64,000 bases of DNA from a virus, in the IMG/VR virus record IMGVR_UViG_3300045988_167582. The stretch is one strand, 5' to 3'. Both the position numbers and the translations under genes were made by a program. Shown here in pieces: positions 54,546 through 63,900 of this stretch (position 1 is its first letter; every line of letters begins with the position of its first letter). Under the pieces are notes generated by a model. That model had not been told where the DNA came from and ran no database searches. It worked only from the letters and a program-made list of their open reading frames with translations.

Positions 54546-55736
54546 TTATAATGAGATATCGTAGTGGCACAGTATGCCGTTCTCGTCGCAAACACAAACC
54601 ATTTGCTCCGGCTTACCGAATATTCTCTTCTGGATGCAATAGTCGTCTATACCCAGAAAACTTCCCGCCATGACAGTCTTTATACCCTGTACGACATCAA
54701 CCTTATTATGGTGCAGATGTCCGGATAAAACCGCATATACAGGCTTGCCAACCATTGTTTGAAGAGCTTGTACTTTTGCGGCAGAACCGTCATAGTCCCC
54801 GTGAACTCCGCAATAGAGCTTGCCGCGAATATCAATCGTATACATTGTTTCATCGATTTTATTGTCGGCAATGATGATATTATCGAAATTTTGGAGACGA
54901 GCTTTGACATACCACTCAATGAGGTCGTCAAGTCTCTCTGATGATAATGAATCATCTTTATTCGGACTGATTCTGCTGTGATTACCAGCAACCGTGATAA
55001 ATGTGACTGTGTTAAAATGCTTGCTTAATTCTGCAAGAAACTCCGATACGAGTTCTGATACACCCATGACCTGCTTAATCACATTTTCTTTGTTGGTGAT
55101 AGCAATCGAATAATGAATGTTCCCGGAAATTGCATCTCCATTCATCCAGCAAATACAGTTTTCACTTTTATGTGTTTGACCGATGGAGATAATTCTGTCG
55201 AGGTATCGGCACATCATATCTCTACAAATACAAGAATTATATTCATTCCATGCGTTCTTGATATTTGCTCCGTAATGTATATCGTTCAAACTTACGAGTA
55301 AATCGTTGTCCGACTGAATCTGTATATGAGGGGAGTAATCCAGCGTCGGGAGTTCTCCGCTCTGCACGGCTGCGACTAAGATTTCATTTAATTCTTCTTG
55401 GCGAGACCTGTCTCGGACTACCTTGTTAAAAGCATTCCTTTGGTCAAAGAATTTCTGACGCTCTTTTCGCAATTCAATCATTTTTTCGTCAAGCTCGGTT
55501 AGAAGCTCATTGGCTGAAGCGCTTTCAACTCTCTCAGAATCCATTAAGTCTAACGTTCGCTTTGAACCGTAAAACATTCTGCGTGCAACATCGCTTGAAA
55601 ATGATTGACCGTAGGCAAGTTCCGCAAGTTCTGTATAATCTACATCTGATAATGTCTTGTCAACGAGCTTCCCATACACGATTCGTTTATGGTAATCAAG
55701 TGGGGTCTCATTTTGCTTTCGTTCTATGTTCACCAT
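54546..55736 (-). CDS. Calcineurin-like metallophosphoesterase with N-terminal helical domain
   Basis: LNDIHYG, NGDAISG, AGNHS, GHLHH motifs. Confidence 0.75.
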   Translation of the reverse strand: MVNIERKQNETPLDYHKRIVYGKLVDKTLSDVDYTELAELAYGQSFSSDVARRMFYGSKRTLDLMDSERVESASANELLTELDEKMIELRKERQKFFDQRNAFNKVVRDRSRQEELNEILVAAVQSGELPTLDYSPHIQIQSDNDLLVSLNDIHYGANIKNAWNEYNSCICRDMMCRYLDRIISIGQTHKSENCICWMNGDAISGNIHYSIAITNKENVIKQVMGVSELVSEFLAELSKHFNTVTFITVAGNHSRISPNKDDSLSSERLDDLIEWYVKARLQNFDNIIIADNKIDETMYTIDIRGKLYCGVHGDYDGSAAKVQALQTMVGKPVYAVLSGHLHHNKVDVVQGIKTVMAGSFLGIDDYCIQKRIFGKPEQMVCVCDENGILCHYDISL

Positions 55737-55941
55737 TGGCACCAACTTTCTGAGTATTAGTACTCGTTGTGCCACCAGCTTTACGCATTTTGCTCAGAAG
55801 TCTCATGACCTGCTTTGTCTCCTCACAATAATAGTGATGCCTCTTGGATTTCTGTTTCATGGTTCTTACGATATGCACCTCCGGGAAGCGTGCGCTAATG
55901 GCTTCTTTTTCTGACTTTGTAATAGCAATCATTGTTAACAT
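55708..55941 (-). CDS. Small basic hypothetical protein
   Basis: First ORF after the 185-nt intergenic region. Confidence 0.35.
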   Translation of the reverse strand: MLTMIAITKSEKEAISARFPEVHIVRTMKQKSKRHHYYCEETKQVMRLLSKMRKAGGTTSTNTQKVGANGEHRTKAK

Positions 55942-56126
55942 TCATCCTTTTCCTCATTATTCCGATTAACCGCGTCAAGATAAAAATATTATTTACAACG
56001 CAAAAAAATCGGTGAAAACATTTGCTATATTTCCTTTCACTATAGTACCTCATCATCTCTGGCGTATTATGGTGTGCCACAACACAATACGCTTTTAATG
56101 AAATTTCAACAAGATAAAAATAAAAT

Positions 56127-56888
56127 TTACACCCTGCTTCTCTGACGCATTACGGAGTTTACACGCTGCCTGACAGCCACCTCCACAGCGCAAGTCTTGC
56201 AGTACTTCTGCTTCCGACCTTTCACAGGGTTAGTCATTTTCGTTGTAATGCCGCAGCACTGGCATTCAATGTACGGTTCTCCATGATATTTGAGATACTG
56301 ATATCCGAGATTGCGAAAATCAGTAATACGCATAACGATATCCCCATCCTCGATGAAACAGACGCGAACATTAGTGTTGTCTATTTTTTTGGAGAATTGA
56401 ATCATGCCCGCCTCGCGTAATGTCCAGTACATAAGCCCTTGCCGCTTAATCGATGTGTTGATATTAGCCATCGACATAATCTCGTTATCCTTGTTGTTTA
56501 CCCAGCAATCTCCGTTTGGGATAACCCTGTTCCAATACTTTGCGAGGCACAGCAGGGTGAAGGCAAGCCGACGTACCTGCTTCCCTTCAAGCGCATCGAT
56601 TCGCTTCATCTCAGACTCTGTAATATCAATTTCTTCTATGTATATTGCTTCATATTTCAAAGCTTTGCTTACGGCAAAATCAAGCGCATCAGACCATTTA
56701 GGGAGCGACGATGTCGGGTCGCACTGCAACAAAAATGAATCAAGCATATTTCTGACATCGCGCTTATTGTATCCTTCGTCGATGTAATACCGAGCAACTC
56801 TATATAATGTTTCTGACGGTTTCTTGCCCAAGGAGTGAGAGTGTATCATGCTCTCAGCCCATTCGTGTTCGCGTAAAACTATACTCAT
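56127..56888 (-). CDS. Hypothetical protein with C-terminal Zn ribbon and basic tail
   Basis: CQCCG...CKTC then RQRVNSVMRQRSRV. Start overlaps the RNAP stop. Confidence 0.5.
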   Translation of the reverse strand: MSIVLREHEWAESMIHSHSLGKKPSETLYRVARYYIDEGYNKRDVRNMLDSFLLQCDPTSSLPKWSDALDFAVSKALKYEAIYIEEIDITESEMKRIDALEGKQVRRLAFTLLCLAKYWNRVIPNGDCWVNNKDNEIMSMANINTSIKRQGLMYWTLREAGMIQFSKKIDNTNVRVCFIEDGDIVMRITDFRNLGYQYLKYHGEPYIECQCCGITTKMTNPVKGRKQKYCKTCAVEVAVRQRVNSVMRQRSRV

Positions 56889-59629
56889 ACATTCACCTCT
56901 ATTTTTTTAGTGGAGATAGAGAACCTCTCACCGCAATATTCGATATCCCCGTTAGAATCCAAAACAGGGTAGGAGATTGTCTGGTCGCATTTATTCAGCA
57001 AGTTGCAGATAATATCCTGACCACACATACTCCATGCAAACTTTTTAGTCGAACTTCTTGTGTAACACAAATCAAGAATGATATTACACAGCGCGTCTCT
57101 ATTTTGGCATATTGCATTGCAATCTCGTCTGAACTCGTCTGTCATAATAGACATCTCAGCGTATGAGTCGCATTCATCAACCCGTTCGTAATCTGCGAAT
57201 ACGGCATAATTACGCAACCTTTTATTAAAATCCTCATACAGCTTTTTTATTGCATTGTACTGTGTTGGGCTATAATCTGCCTGCCCGCGCATGATTCTAT
57301 AGTCAAACTTAACGACGGAATTGTGCTTTCCGATATACCCGTCGAACTCCTGCTCGAACCGACGGCATATTCTATTCATTACGCAGTTCCCAACACCTAC
57401 AGGCATCCGATAATCATAGTATTTAAGAAAATCCCGCTGCCGTTCGGTCAATTTGTCGTCCGGAATGTTGCGGAGTTCCTTGACCGTCATTTGGAACTCT
57501 CGAAGGGCATTTCGCTCGGTGTTTTTGATATATGTATTATATTGCTTCATCAAAGCGGGGTAGATGTAGCGCATAAAGTAAGGCTTTTTATCAGCGACAA
57601 TGGAACGATAAAAATCTCTCATTGAATCATCTTCGATTTTATTGGCAGCGTGTCTGTCATGCCATGTTCTCGGCATCGGCTTACAAATGATACCCTTTGC
57701 TTTGTCGATGGCATTTTGCTGATAAAGCTGACCGCATTTAATTCGATAGGAGAGTTCCTCGTACTCTTTGCTACCTTCTCTAAATCTGGATTGAACCTCA
57801 AACATAGATGTAATCCAATTGGTGGTCTGACCTATGTCGTTACCGAAACTTTCGATATTCGAACGGATGAAATCGTCGGCAGTAGAGATTTTTTTCTCAG
57901 CTTTTCGTTGAGCGCACATCAAGGCGGGCTGTACATGGAGTTTTTCTACAAGAACTTTGTTATCGGTGAGCATTACTAAGTCGCCGTCAAAGTCCATTCC
58001 GTTAAGGGCTGCCGCAGCCGTATCCCATGAATTAAAAATGGTGCAGGTGTTCATATACTGATACCAATATCGAGTATTGGCGGTATCAACCGGGTGGACG
58101 AGTCGGATATTGTTGTGACAGGTCATTGGTGCTCTGTAGCAAGCAAGTCTGTCAGCGCCGGAGTCAGCCCAATATCTGTTATAAATCTCTCCGTTCTTCA
58201 ATAATCCAGTCACCTTAAGCCCGAAGATACTCTGACAAAGCGAGTATGGGTCGCCGGATACAATTGAATAATTCCCGTGAACCTTTAGTACTCCGACCTT
58301 AGCTTCGTTGATTCTGTTTCGGATTAACTGATATACGGAACTTTGGACGAATGGGTCATCTATCATCCGGCTATCAATCATAATTGCCTTAACAAAATCG
58401 TCATCCAGAGAATCAATGTTTTTATCGTTTAACCCTGAACCTTTTAGAAATAACACCGTCTTACGCCAATCCCCGCGAAGAACATCTTTGATTTCGTCCA
58501 TGGTCGGAGCTATCAGTTCTTCGATATCCTTATCATCAAGGTCATAGCTCTGAATGAACTGATAATTCAATGTGCGTTCTTTTTCGAGCTCCTTTGGACA
58601 AGTCTTAGCCACACCGAACGAATATCCGTTTTTTACTGAGTTTTCAATATAGGAATCGCAGCTATCGTAGGAGTCCCATAATTTAACCATTGATGTGGTC
58701 AGAATAAGCTCGACATTGCGGACGTCAACATCATTACCCCACGCATCTTTAACTATGTAATTTTCATCCGCCACTTTGGATGCGAAGTCAACAAAGTCGA
58801 ATGTAAACACCATACCCTTTTCAAAAGAGAATCGGGTGTTGACGCCACTAACGATGTAGTCCAAGTTCAGCTCCTTGCTCCATCGCTCGGCAAGAGAGGG
58901 GAGCATAATGCCATAACCATCCGAAGCGTCCATGTTAATTTCCTGCGATTTGCGGTCTTCCATAATCGGCTCGCCGTCGCATTCGTCGGTCAAATAAACA
59001 ATGTCGGATAAGAAACTTGTTTCACAGTCGTTAACAACGAGAATGCCGTTTGGAAGCGATACCGGTGTAGAGGCACTGCACGTCAAAGCCTTGTACGCCT
59101 CAAGCTTCGCTGTGACAAGTTTCTTTTCCGAATTTCTGCCGTTATCAATTCGACGCGATAATTCTTCTACATACCGTTCGCTGGCAAAAACAATAGTGCT
59201 GTTTTTAATACCACCGTTCGTCCCAAGAAGACGCTTATACTTTGTACCGTTGATTGAGAATCCGCGACAGGCTTTGTAATAGTCCTTCTCCTTATCGATT
59301 ATTAGGCACATATAATCCGGTTTATATTGAATCGAGTCGAGCTGCGTATAAAGCTGCTTAATACGCCTCCTGTTTTGAACACTATTTTGCTCTTTGCGGA
59401 TACGGCGTATTTCTTCTTTAATGGCACGCGCCTGTGCGTCCGCGTCCGTAATACCATTCAGCTCGTCAATCCAGCGAAGCACCTGACTATCGGCTAAGGA
59501 GATTACCTCATCATTTCTTCTGGCTTCTTCGATGGGGAGAGTGAGCTTCCACTTGGACTTTCTCAAACGACTACTATGTATTTTGTAGATATACTTCTGA
59601 CATACTAACTGTTTTGCTATGATAGTCAC
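56885..59629 (-). CDS. YonO-like single-subunit two-barrel (DPBB) RNA polymerase
   Basis: YRAPMTCHNNIRL (beta-prime NRAPTLHR..IQ-like) and NGMDFDGD (NADFDGD / RdRP DxDGD metal motif, nt 57980-58000). 914 aa. Confidence 0.75.
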   Translation of the reverse strand: MTIIAKQLVCQKYIYKIHSSRLRKSKWKLTLPIEEARRNDEVISLADSQVLRWIDELNGITDADAQARAIKEEIRRIRKEQNSVQNRRRIKQLYTQLDSIQYKPDYMCLIIDKEKDYYKACRGFSINGTKYKRLLGTNGGIKNSTIVFASERYVEELSRRIDNGRNSEKKLVTAKLEAYKALTCSASTPVSLPNGILVVNDCETSFLSDIVYLTDECDGEPIMEDRKSQEINMDASDGYGIMLPSLAERWSKELNLDYIVSGVNTRFSFEKGMVFTFDFVDFASKVADENYIVKDAWGNDVDVRNVELILTTSMVKLWDSYDSCDSYIENSVKNGYSFGVAKTCPKELEKERTLNYQFIQSYDLDDKDIEELIAPTMDEIKDVLRGDWRKTVLFLKGSGLNDKNIDSLDDDFVKAIMIDSRMIDDPFVQSSVYQLIRNRINEAKVGVLKVHGNYSIVSGDPYSLCQSIFGLKVTGLLKNGEIYNRYWADSGADRLACYRAPMTCHNNIRLVHPVDTANTRYWYQYMNTCTIFNSWDTAAAALNGMDFDGDLVMLTDNKVLVEKLHVQPALMCAQRKAEKKISTADDFIRSNIESFGNDIGQTTNWITSMFEVQSRFREGSKEYEELSYRIKCGQLYQQNAIDKAKGIICKPMPRTWHDRHAANKIEDDSMRDFYRSIVADKKPYFMRYIYPALMKQYNTYIKNTERNALREFQMTVKELRNIPDDKLTERQRDFLKYYDYRMPVGVGNCVMNRICRRFEQEFDGYIGKHNSVVKFDYRIMRGQADYSPTQYNAIKKLYEDFNKRLRNYAVFADYERVDECDSYAEMSIMTDEFRRDCNAICQNRDALCNIILDLCYTRSSTKKFAWSMCGQDIICNLLNKCDQTISYPVLDSNGDIEYCGERFSISTKKIEVNV

Positions 59630-59674
59630 CTCATTCCTTGCAGTTTTTCCAATTAGGTTGAAGTTACAAAAAAA

Positions 59675-59854
59675 TTAGTCGTTGTATTCGGATATGTATT
59701 GTTCCCACTCTGTGCGGAACTCTTGTCTGCCTTTTTCGATAAGCTCTTCTATGGCGTAATCTTCTGCTGCGTCTCCGAGCGGCGCATAATCGTCGCACAA
59801 GTCGCTGCTATTGCAAACATCATAATAGTAGCAATTACTGCAGGGTTTCGTCAT
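59675..59854 (-). CDS. Small Cys-rich acidic protein (59 aa)
   Basis: MTKPCSNCYYYDVCNSSDLC. AGGAGG upstream. Confidence 0.4.
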   Translation of the reverse strand: MTKPCSNCYYYDVCNSSDLCDDYAPLGDAAEDYAIEELIEKGRQEFRTEWEQYISEYND

Positions 59855-61082
59855 AAACGATGTTTCCTCCTTTACTTGTAGATTCAATCCAATTGATAAG
59901 CAGCGTTCTCATGCGCCTGCTTGGTATGTATAAATAAACTTCGCCGCCGTCCCTGATTGCCGAGCGCCATATCCACTGAACCATGATAGAAAGCGCATAG
60001 GCGTCTTCATCAACATTGATACCGTGCATCTGATAGAACTTTTTCTCATTGACATTCATAAACAAGTTGGCGATATATACGAGACAATCTCGTTTGCGGT
60101 ATGCGTTCGTTGCCTTCGCATTAAATGTCAGGAAGGATTTCGTGTATCCTTTCCCTTTGATTTTGTTGCACTCGCCGTTGTATGACCCCCAAAGCTTTTT
60201 GTCAGCAGGGACGTCTCTCCAAATGTTGTTAAAACAGTTGGATACGTTCTTCTTTAATTGTTCTACATCTCCGCCGCCACGCTTAAACCAGTTCATGGAC
60301 AGAGCGTAGTAGTCATCCCCGACATCGTTGATTTTGCTTCTGCTCAGAATATGGAGCATATCTTTTAGATGATATACATAGTCGGGAGTGTAGCCCGGAT
60401 AATCACCGAAACGATAACCGCCATCTTCTGTTCGCTCTATTCCGATATACTCATATGGAATATTGTAAATCTTCATGAAGTGATGGAGGCTCTGTCCCTT
60501 GAACAGATATGTCAGAATAAACACATCCCTGAACGAGGTGAGGAGTTCGGGAGGTAGTGCCCAATAAAACAGAGAATTATCGTCCTTGTCTGTCATGCGG
60601 ATAAGCTCTCGTGATTTTAATAAGCTGAACAGTTCATGCAGTGCCTTTCCTTTATAATCCTCTTTAGCGATAGTATAAATACCGTTATTGTCCGTAATGT
60701 ACCCGGCATCAAGCGCAAGCTGAAGGTCATCTTGATGGAAATCAAACGCTTCCAGCACATCTACGTTTTCGTCGATAATAAGCGTGTATCCCTGCCTGCG
60801 GATATCTTCGAGCGTCTCTGGCGTGTACCGCTTGAATGCCTGATGTGTAGTTGTGATATTCCTGCCTTCTTTAATGAGCGCAGCCGTATGCTCAAACTTA
60901 CGGAAGTTATACTGCTTAAGCTTGTCACTTGGTTCAATAAAGCGCAGATGAGGGCAACCTTTCTTAATGCGGGTTGCTTCATCCAGATACGGAGTGATAT
61001 ATATGAACTTATCACTTGCGTGTTCGTTGAGGTAGGTGATAGCTGCACTTGACTTTCCAGTACCCATAATTGCATCGCACAC
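59835..61082 (-). CDS. P-loop NTPase, SF2/ResIII-helicase-like
   Basis: Walker A at residues 4-11 (AIMGTGKS), Walker B LIIDEN. GTG start after GGAGGTGA. Confidence 0.55.
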   Translation of the reverse strand: MCDAIMGTGKSSAAITYLNEHASDKFIYITPYLDEATRIKKGCPHLRFIEPSDKLKQYNFRKFEHTAALIKEGRNITTTHQAFKRYTPETLEDIRRQGYTLIIDENVDVLEAFDFHQDDLQLALDAGYITDNNGIYTIAKEDYKGKALHELFSLLKSRELIRMTDKDDNSLFYWALPPELLTSFRDVFILTYLFKGQSLHHFMKIYNIPYEYIGIERTEDGGYRFGDYPGYTPDYVYHLKDMLHILSRSKINDVGDDYYALSMNWFKRGGGDVEQLKKNVSNCFNNIWRDVPADKKLWGSYNGECNKIKGKGYTKSFLTFNAKATNAYRKRDCLVYIANLFMNVNEKKFYQMHGINVDEDAYALSIMVQWIWRSAIRDGGEVYLYIPSRRMRTLLINWIESTSKGGNIVYDETLQ

Positions 61083-61184
61083 TTTAACTATTCTCTGTCA
61101 CCTCCTCGTAGAACCACACAGAGTTTTTTCTGATTCTCTTAATGTAAACCAGTCCCTTCTATAAAAATTTATGATAAACGGCTA

Positions 61185-62000
61185 TTAGCCAACTAATCCG
61201 TCGTATTCCTCGATGCTACTGTCAACAAGATAATTACAAGTCGCGCTGCCGAGGTTGAGTTTACGATACGCTTCATCAATTTCCTCCGCCGTAATACCGA
61301 TGTAATCCAGCGTCTGAGCCGGGGAGGAGTGATTAAGCATCTTCTGCAGGAGCATGAGCTTTCTGGAGCTGTTATGACTCATTAACATCTGGTGGTAACA
61401 GAAAGTCTTGCGGAGCGTGTGTGTAGACATCTTAACATTGATATTAAGGTCTGTTGCAATCCCCTTGAGAATTCGGTCAATGGATTTAACACTCAGCGGC
61501 TCATTAAGGTTGCCACCTCTGTTGGATTCACTTCGGAACATATAATCGCTCAGGCTCACGTTCGGAGTGTTCTGGAGAAATAGGGTAACAGCTTCGACAA
61601 CAGCGGTATTGATAGTGATGTATCTGTTCTTCTTACGCTTTCTCGTGTTACGGGTCTTCTTCTCAAAAACAGGGAAGCTGTCTTTAAAGGTGAAGTTGGT
61701 ATTGATGAGATTGCTGAATCGAAGCATCCGCAGGTCGCTTGCGCGAAGTCCAAAGTTGATACCGACGATGAAGAGCATATTATCTCTGTATCTTCCATTC
61801 CGAATTAAGTATCTGGAGATGGCGAAGATGTCGTCCATATTCTTAATGGGTTCCGCTGCGTGTTCAGGTGCGAGTTCGCAGTATGTATCTTCGGTTGCCG
61901 GAGCAATAAGTCCAGCAGCGAGTTTGCGGTTGCTACGCTGTAATAAGCTAATATCAATAACGTTCTGTTTCGAACAATCCAGCTTGAGAATTGTTGCCAT
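61185..62000 (-). CDS. Short tyrosine recombinase (271 aa)
   Basis: GLRASDL (Arg), HTLRKTF (HxxR), LNHSSPAQTLDYIG (His..Tyr). Confidence 0.75.
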   Translation of the reverse strand: MATILKLDCSKQNVIDISLLQRSNRKLAAGLIAPATEDTYCELAPEHAAEPIKNMDDIFAISRYLIRNGRYRDNMLFIVGINFGLRASDLRMLRFSNLINTNFTFKDSFPVFEKKTRNTRKRKKNRYITINTAVVEAVTLFLQNTPNVSLSDYMFRSESNRGGNLNEPLSVKSIDRILKGIATDLNINVKMSTHTLRKTFCYHQMLMSHNSSRKLMLLQKMLNHSSPAQTLDYIGITAEEIDEAYRKLNLGSATCNYLVDSSIEEYDGLVG

Positions 62001-62045
62001 AATAATCTATCCTTTCTTCTATGGTTTGTGGTGCTCACATAGGGT

Positions 62046-62094
62046 GAATTACAACCTTTTTATGCGATTTACAACCAACAAGGTTGTAGAATTC
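62046..62094. repeat. Interrupted inverted repeat with ACAACC half-sites, just upstream of the recombinase start
   Basis: GAATTACAACCTT (62046-58) vs AAGGTTGTAGAATTC (62080-94). Extra direct TTACAACC at 62069. Confidence 0.6.
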
Positions 62095-62270
62095 TGAAAA
62101 AGTCCCTGTGGCACAACGGAATACACGGAGCTCCTTAAAAGACGAAGACAATTCTTTAGTCTTATATAAATAGAAGCTTGACTTCTGCTTGTGATTGAAA
62201 GCAGATTTTCTAATTATCCAGATAAGGCATTAAAAATAGCCTTTGCAGGTTTTCGATTTATCTTGATATA

Positions 62271-62299
62271 ATTATATCATATCCATAGCTGTTTGTCAA
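62271..62299 (-). promoter_or_regulatory. Consensus sigma-A promoter (minus strand)
   Basis: Reverse complement reads TTGACA-17 nt-TATAAT exactly. ~260-nt leader to the ATG at 62000. Confidence 0.65.
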
Positions 62300-62671
62300 C
62301 TTTTTTAATGAAACTTATATGAGAAAAACTAAGAAATTTTCGTGTCATAAACCAATCGATTGCTATTGGATTTTTGTTGTCCAGATAACGATTTTCGCTT
62401 CAAACTTGGAGGTTTGATTCATCGGGTGTTATGGCTTAAAACGCAGTGTTTTCAAGGGATGACAAGGCTTTTGGATTGAAAAATGGGGAGTATGTGGGAG
62501 ATGGAGCGACTTCCACTGTCTGCAAAACCTGCACCACCGCCGAAACCATAACCACCGCCCCCTATGTCACATAGTGCGAAAAAAGGACATAGAAACACCA
62601 CCGACAGACCACCGAAACAAAGCACCCCACCCTTTGCGGTAAAGGCTGAAAAAATTTTCTTGTATATCCTC

Positions 62672-62700
62672 TTGACAAATAAAAAAATATCGGTTAAAAT
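62672..62700 (+). promoter_or_regulatory. Near-consensus sigma-A promoter (plus strand)
   Basis: TTGACA-17 nt-TAAAAT. ~110-nt leader to the ATG at 62816. Confidence 0.6.
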
Positions 62701-62815
62701 TAGCTTGACCGACAGGCGGACGGGGTACACACACCACCGACCAACGCCCCACGGTCACAAAAAAAAGCGGGTACGGCATACCGACCAACGCCGAAAAGGC
62801 AGAGAGGAAGTTACA

Positions 62816-63823
62816 ATGAAAACCACAACCAAAACCACAAAGACCACCAACGCAAAGACCACTAACGCAAAGACCAACACCCCAAACACCTTTACAACCC
62901 TATTGACCACCCTTGCAACAGAGACAGACCACCCAACCACCACCGACACCTACACAAAAGCATTGACCGACCTTGCAACCGCTGTTGCATACTCTGTATT
63001 GAAAAAATGTATTGACGTATCGCAAAACAAGGCATTGATACAAGTTAAACAGAGCATAGCGCGCGACCGCAACGCCCTCAATGGCATAGCATACGCAAAT
63101 AAACACGCATACACAACGGCATACAACACCGACGGCGAACGGGTGCAAAAAGTGAATGACCCCGACAGCGTGAAAACGTTGAACACCCTTTGTGCTGAAT
63201 GTCTCGGGGACGGGCTCGACCTTGTGAATGACGCTGTTTGCGCTATTTTGACAGAGTGTCAAAAGCAAAAGGACAGAGAGCCGAACGCCCCAACAGATTT
63301 AGAACGCCCCTACACCGTGCGCCGACTTAACCGTAAAGTATGGATAAAGACCGCCGACAGCGTGAACGGATGGGAAACAGTCGAAACAACCCCGATACAA
63401 GAAATATACAAAGCCGTTCGCCGTGCGATTGAACAAAGCAGAGCGGCACAAGCCGACCCACGAAACGGCTATACATACCTTGCAGACCTTGCAACCGACC
63501 CCGAGGACAGCGACACCGCCGAAACCATATACCGCCGTTTGCCGAAATATGCAGACTTAGGCGGATACGAAACAGATTTCAACGGTGCTTGCACTTTTTA
63601 CACCGCCGACCCCGAAACCGTGAACGACTACGACGGTATTATTGAACGGTTGAATTTAACCGCCAAACAGGCAAAGGTGCTTGCACTCCGTCAAAGCGGC
63701 TACGGCTACAAGGCAATTGCAACATATCTTGCAATCAGACCCGACAGCGTGCGCGACTGTCTCAAAGCCATACAGGCAAAAGCCGTTGCAATCGGATTGA
63801 CCCCCACCACCCCGACAAAGTAA
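62816..63823 (+). CDS. DNA-binding protein with C-terminal sigma-70 region-4/LuxR-like HTH; Thr/Lys-rich N-terminus
   Basis: LNLTAKQAKVLALRQSGYGYKAIATYLAIRPDSVRDCLKAIQAKA. Start chosen at the ATG with GAGAGGAAG SD, downstream of the promoter. Confidence 0.5.
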   Translation: MKTTTKTTKTTNAKTTNAKTNTPNTFTTLLTTLATETDHPTTTDTYTKALTDLATAVAYSVLKKCIDVSQNKALIQVKQSIARDRNALNGIAYANKHAYTTAYNTDGERVQKVNDPDSVKTLNTLCAECLGDGLDLVNDAVCAILTECQKQKDREPNAPTDLERPYTVRRLNRKVWIKTADSVNGWETVETTPIQEIYKAVRRAIEQSRAAQADPRNGYTYLADLATDPEDSDTAETIYRRLPKYADLGGYETDFNGACTFYTADPETVNDYDGIIERLNLTAKQAKVLALRQSGYGYKAIATYLAIRPDSVRDCLKAIQAKAVAIGLTPTTPTK

Positions 63824-63844
63824 ACAGACCCCACCAACACAAAG

Positions 63845-63878
63845 ACCGCCGAACACCGTTTCGGCGGTTTTCTTTTTG
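63845..63878 (+). terminator. Rho-independent terminator
   Basis: ACCGCCGAA-6-TTCGGCGGT followed by TTTTCTTTTT. Confidence 0.7.
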
Positions 63879-63900
63879 GATATATCCAACACCCGAAACC

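Larger units (their letters stand above)
1..62450. mobile_element. Temperate siphovirus-like phage/prophage genome (partial; continues beyond left edge; right limit uncertain)
   Basis: Continuous replication, nucleotide-metabolism, integration, lysis, tail, head and packaging modules. Compositional break near 62.45-62.5 kb. Confidence 0.85.

Noticed and set aside
56058-56075. Sigma-54-like TGGCAC on the minus strand of the 55942-56126 gap
   Set aside because: The -12 element is absent (AATAC instead of TTGC at the correct spacing). The site is part of a short TGTGnCACA palindrome only.
62452-62730. Gly-rich minus-strand ORF (GGGGYGFGGGAGF), briefly considered as a microcin/bacteriocin-like peptide
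   Set aside because: Its only start lies upstream of, and antisense to, the plus-strand promoter, and it has no SD. Long spurious ORFs are expected in the GC-rich segment.
62564-62815. N-terminal 84-codon extension of the HTH gene
   Set aside because: A near-consensus promoter (62672-62700) lies inside it, and the ATG at 62816 has a proper SD. The extension is an open-frame artefact.
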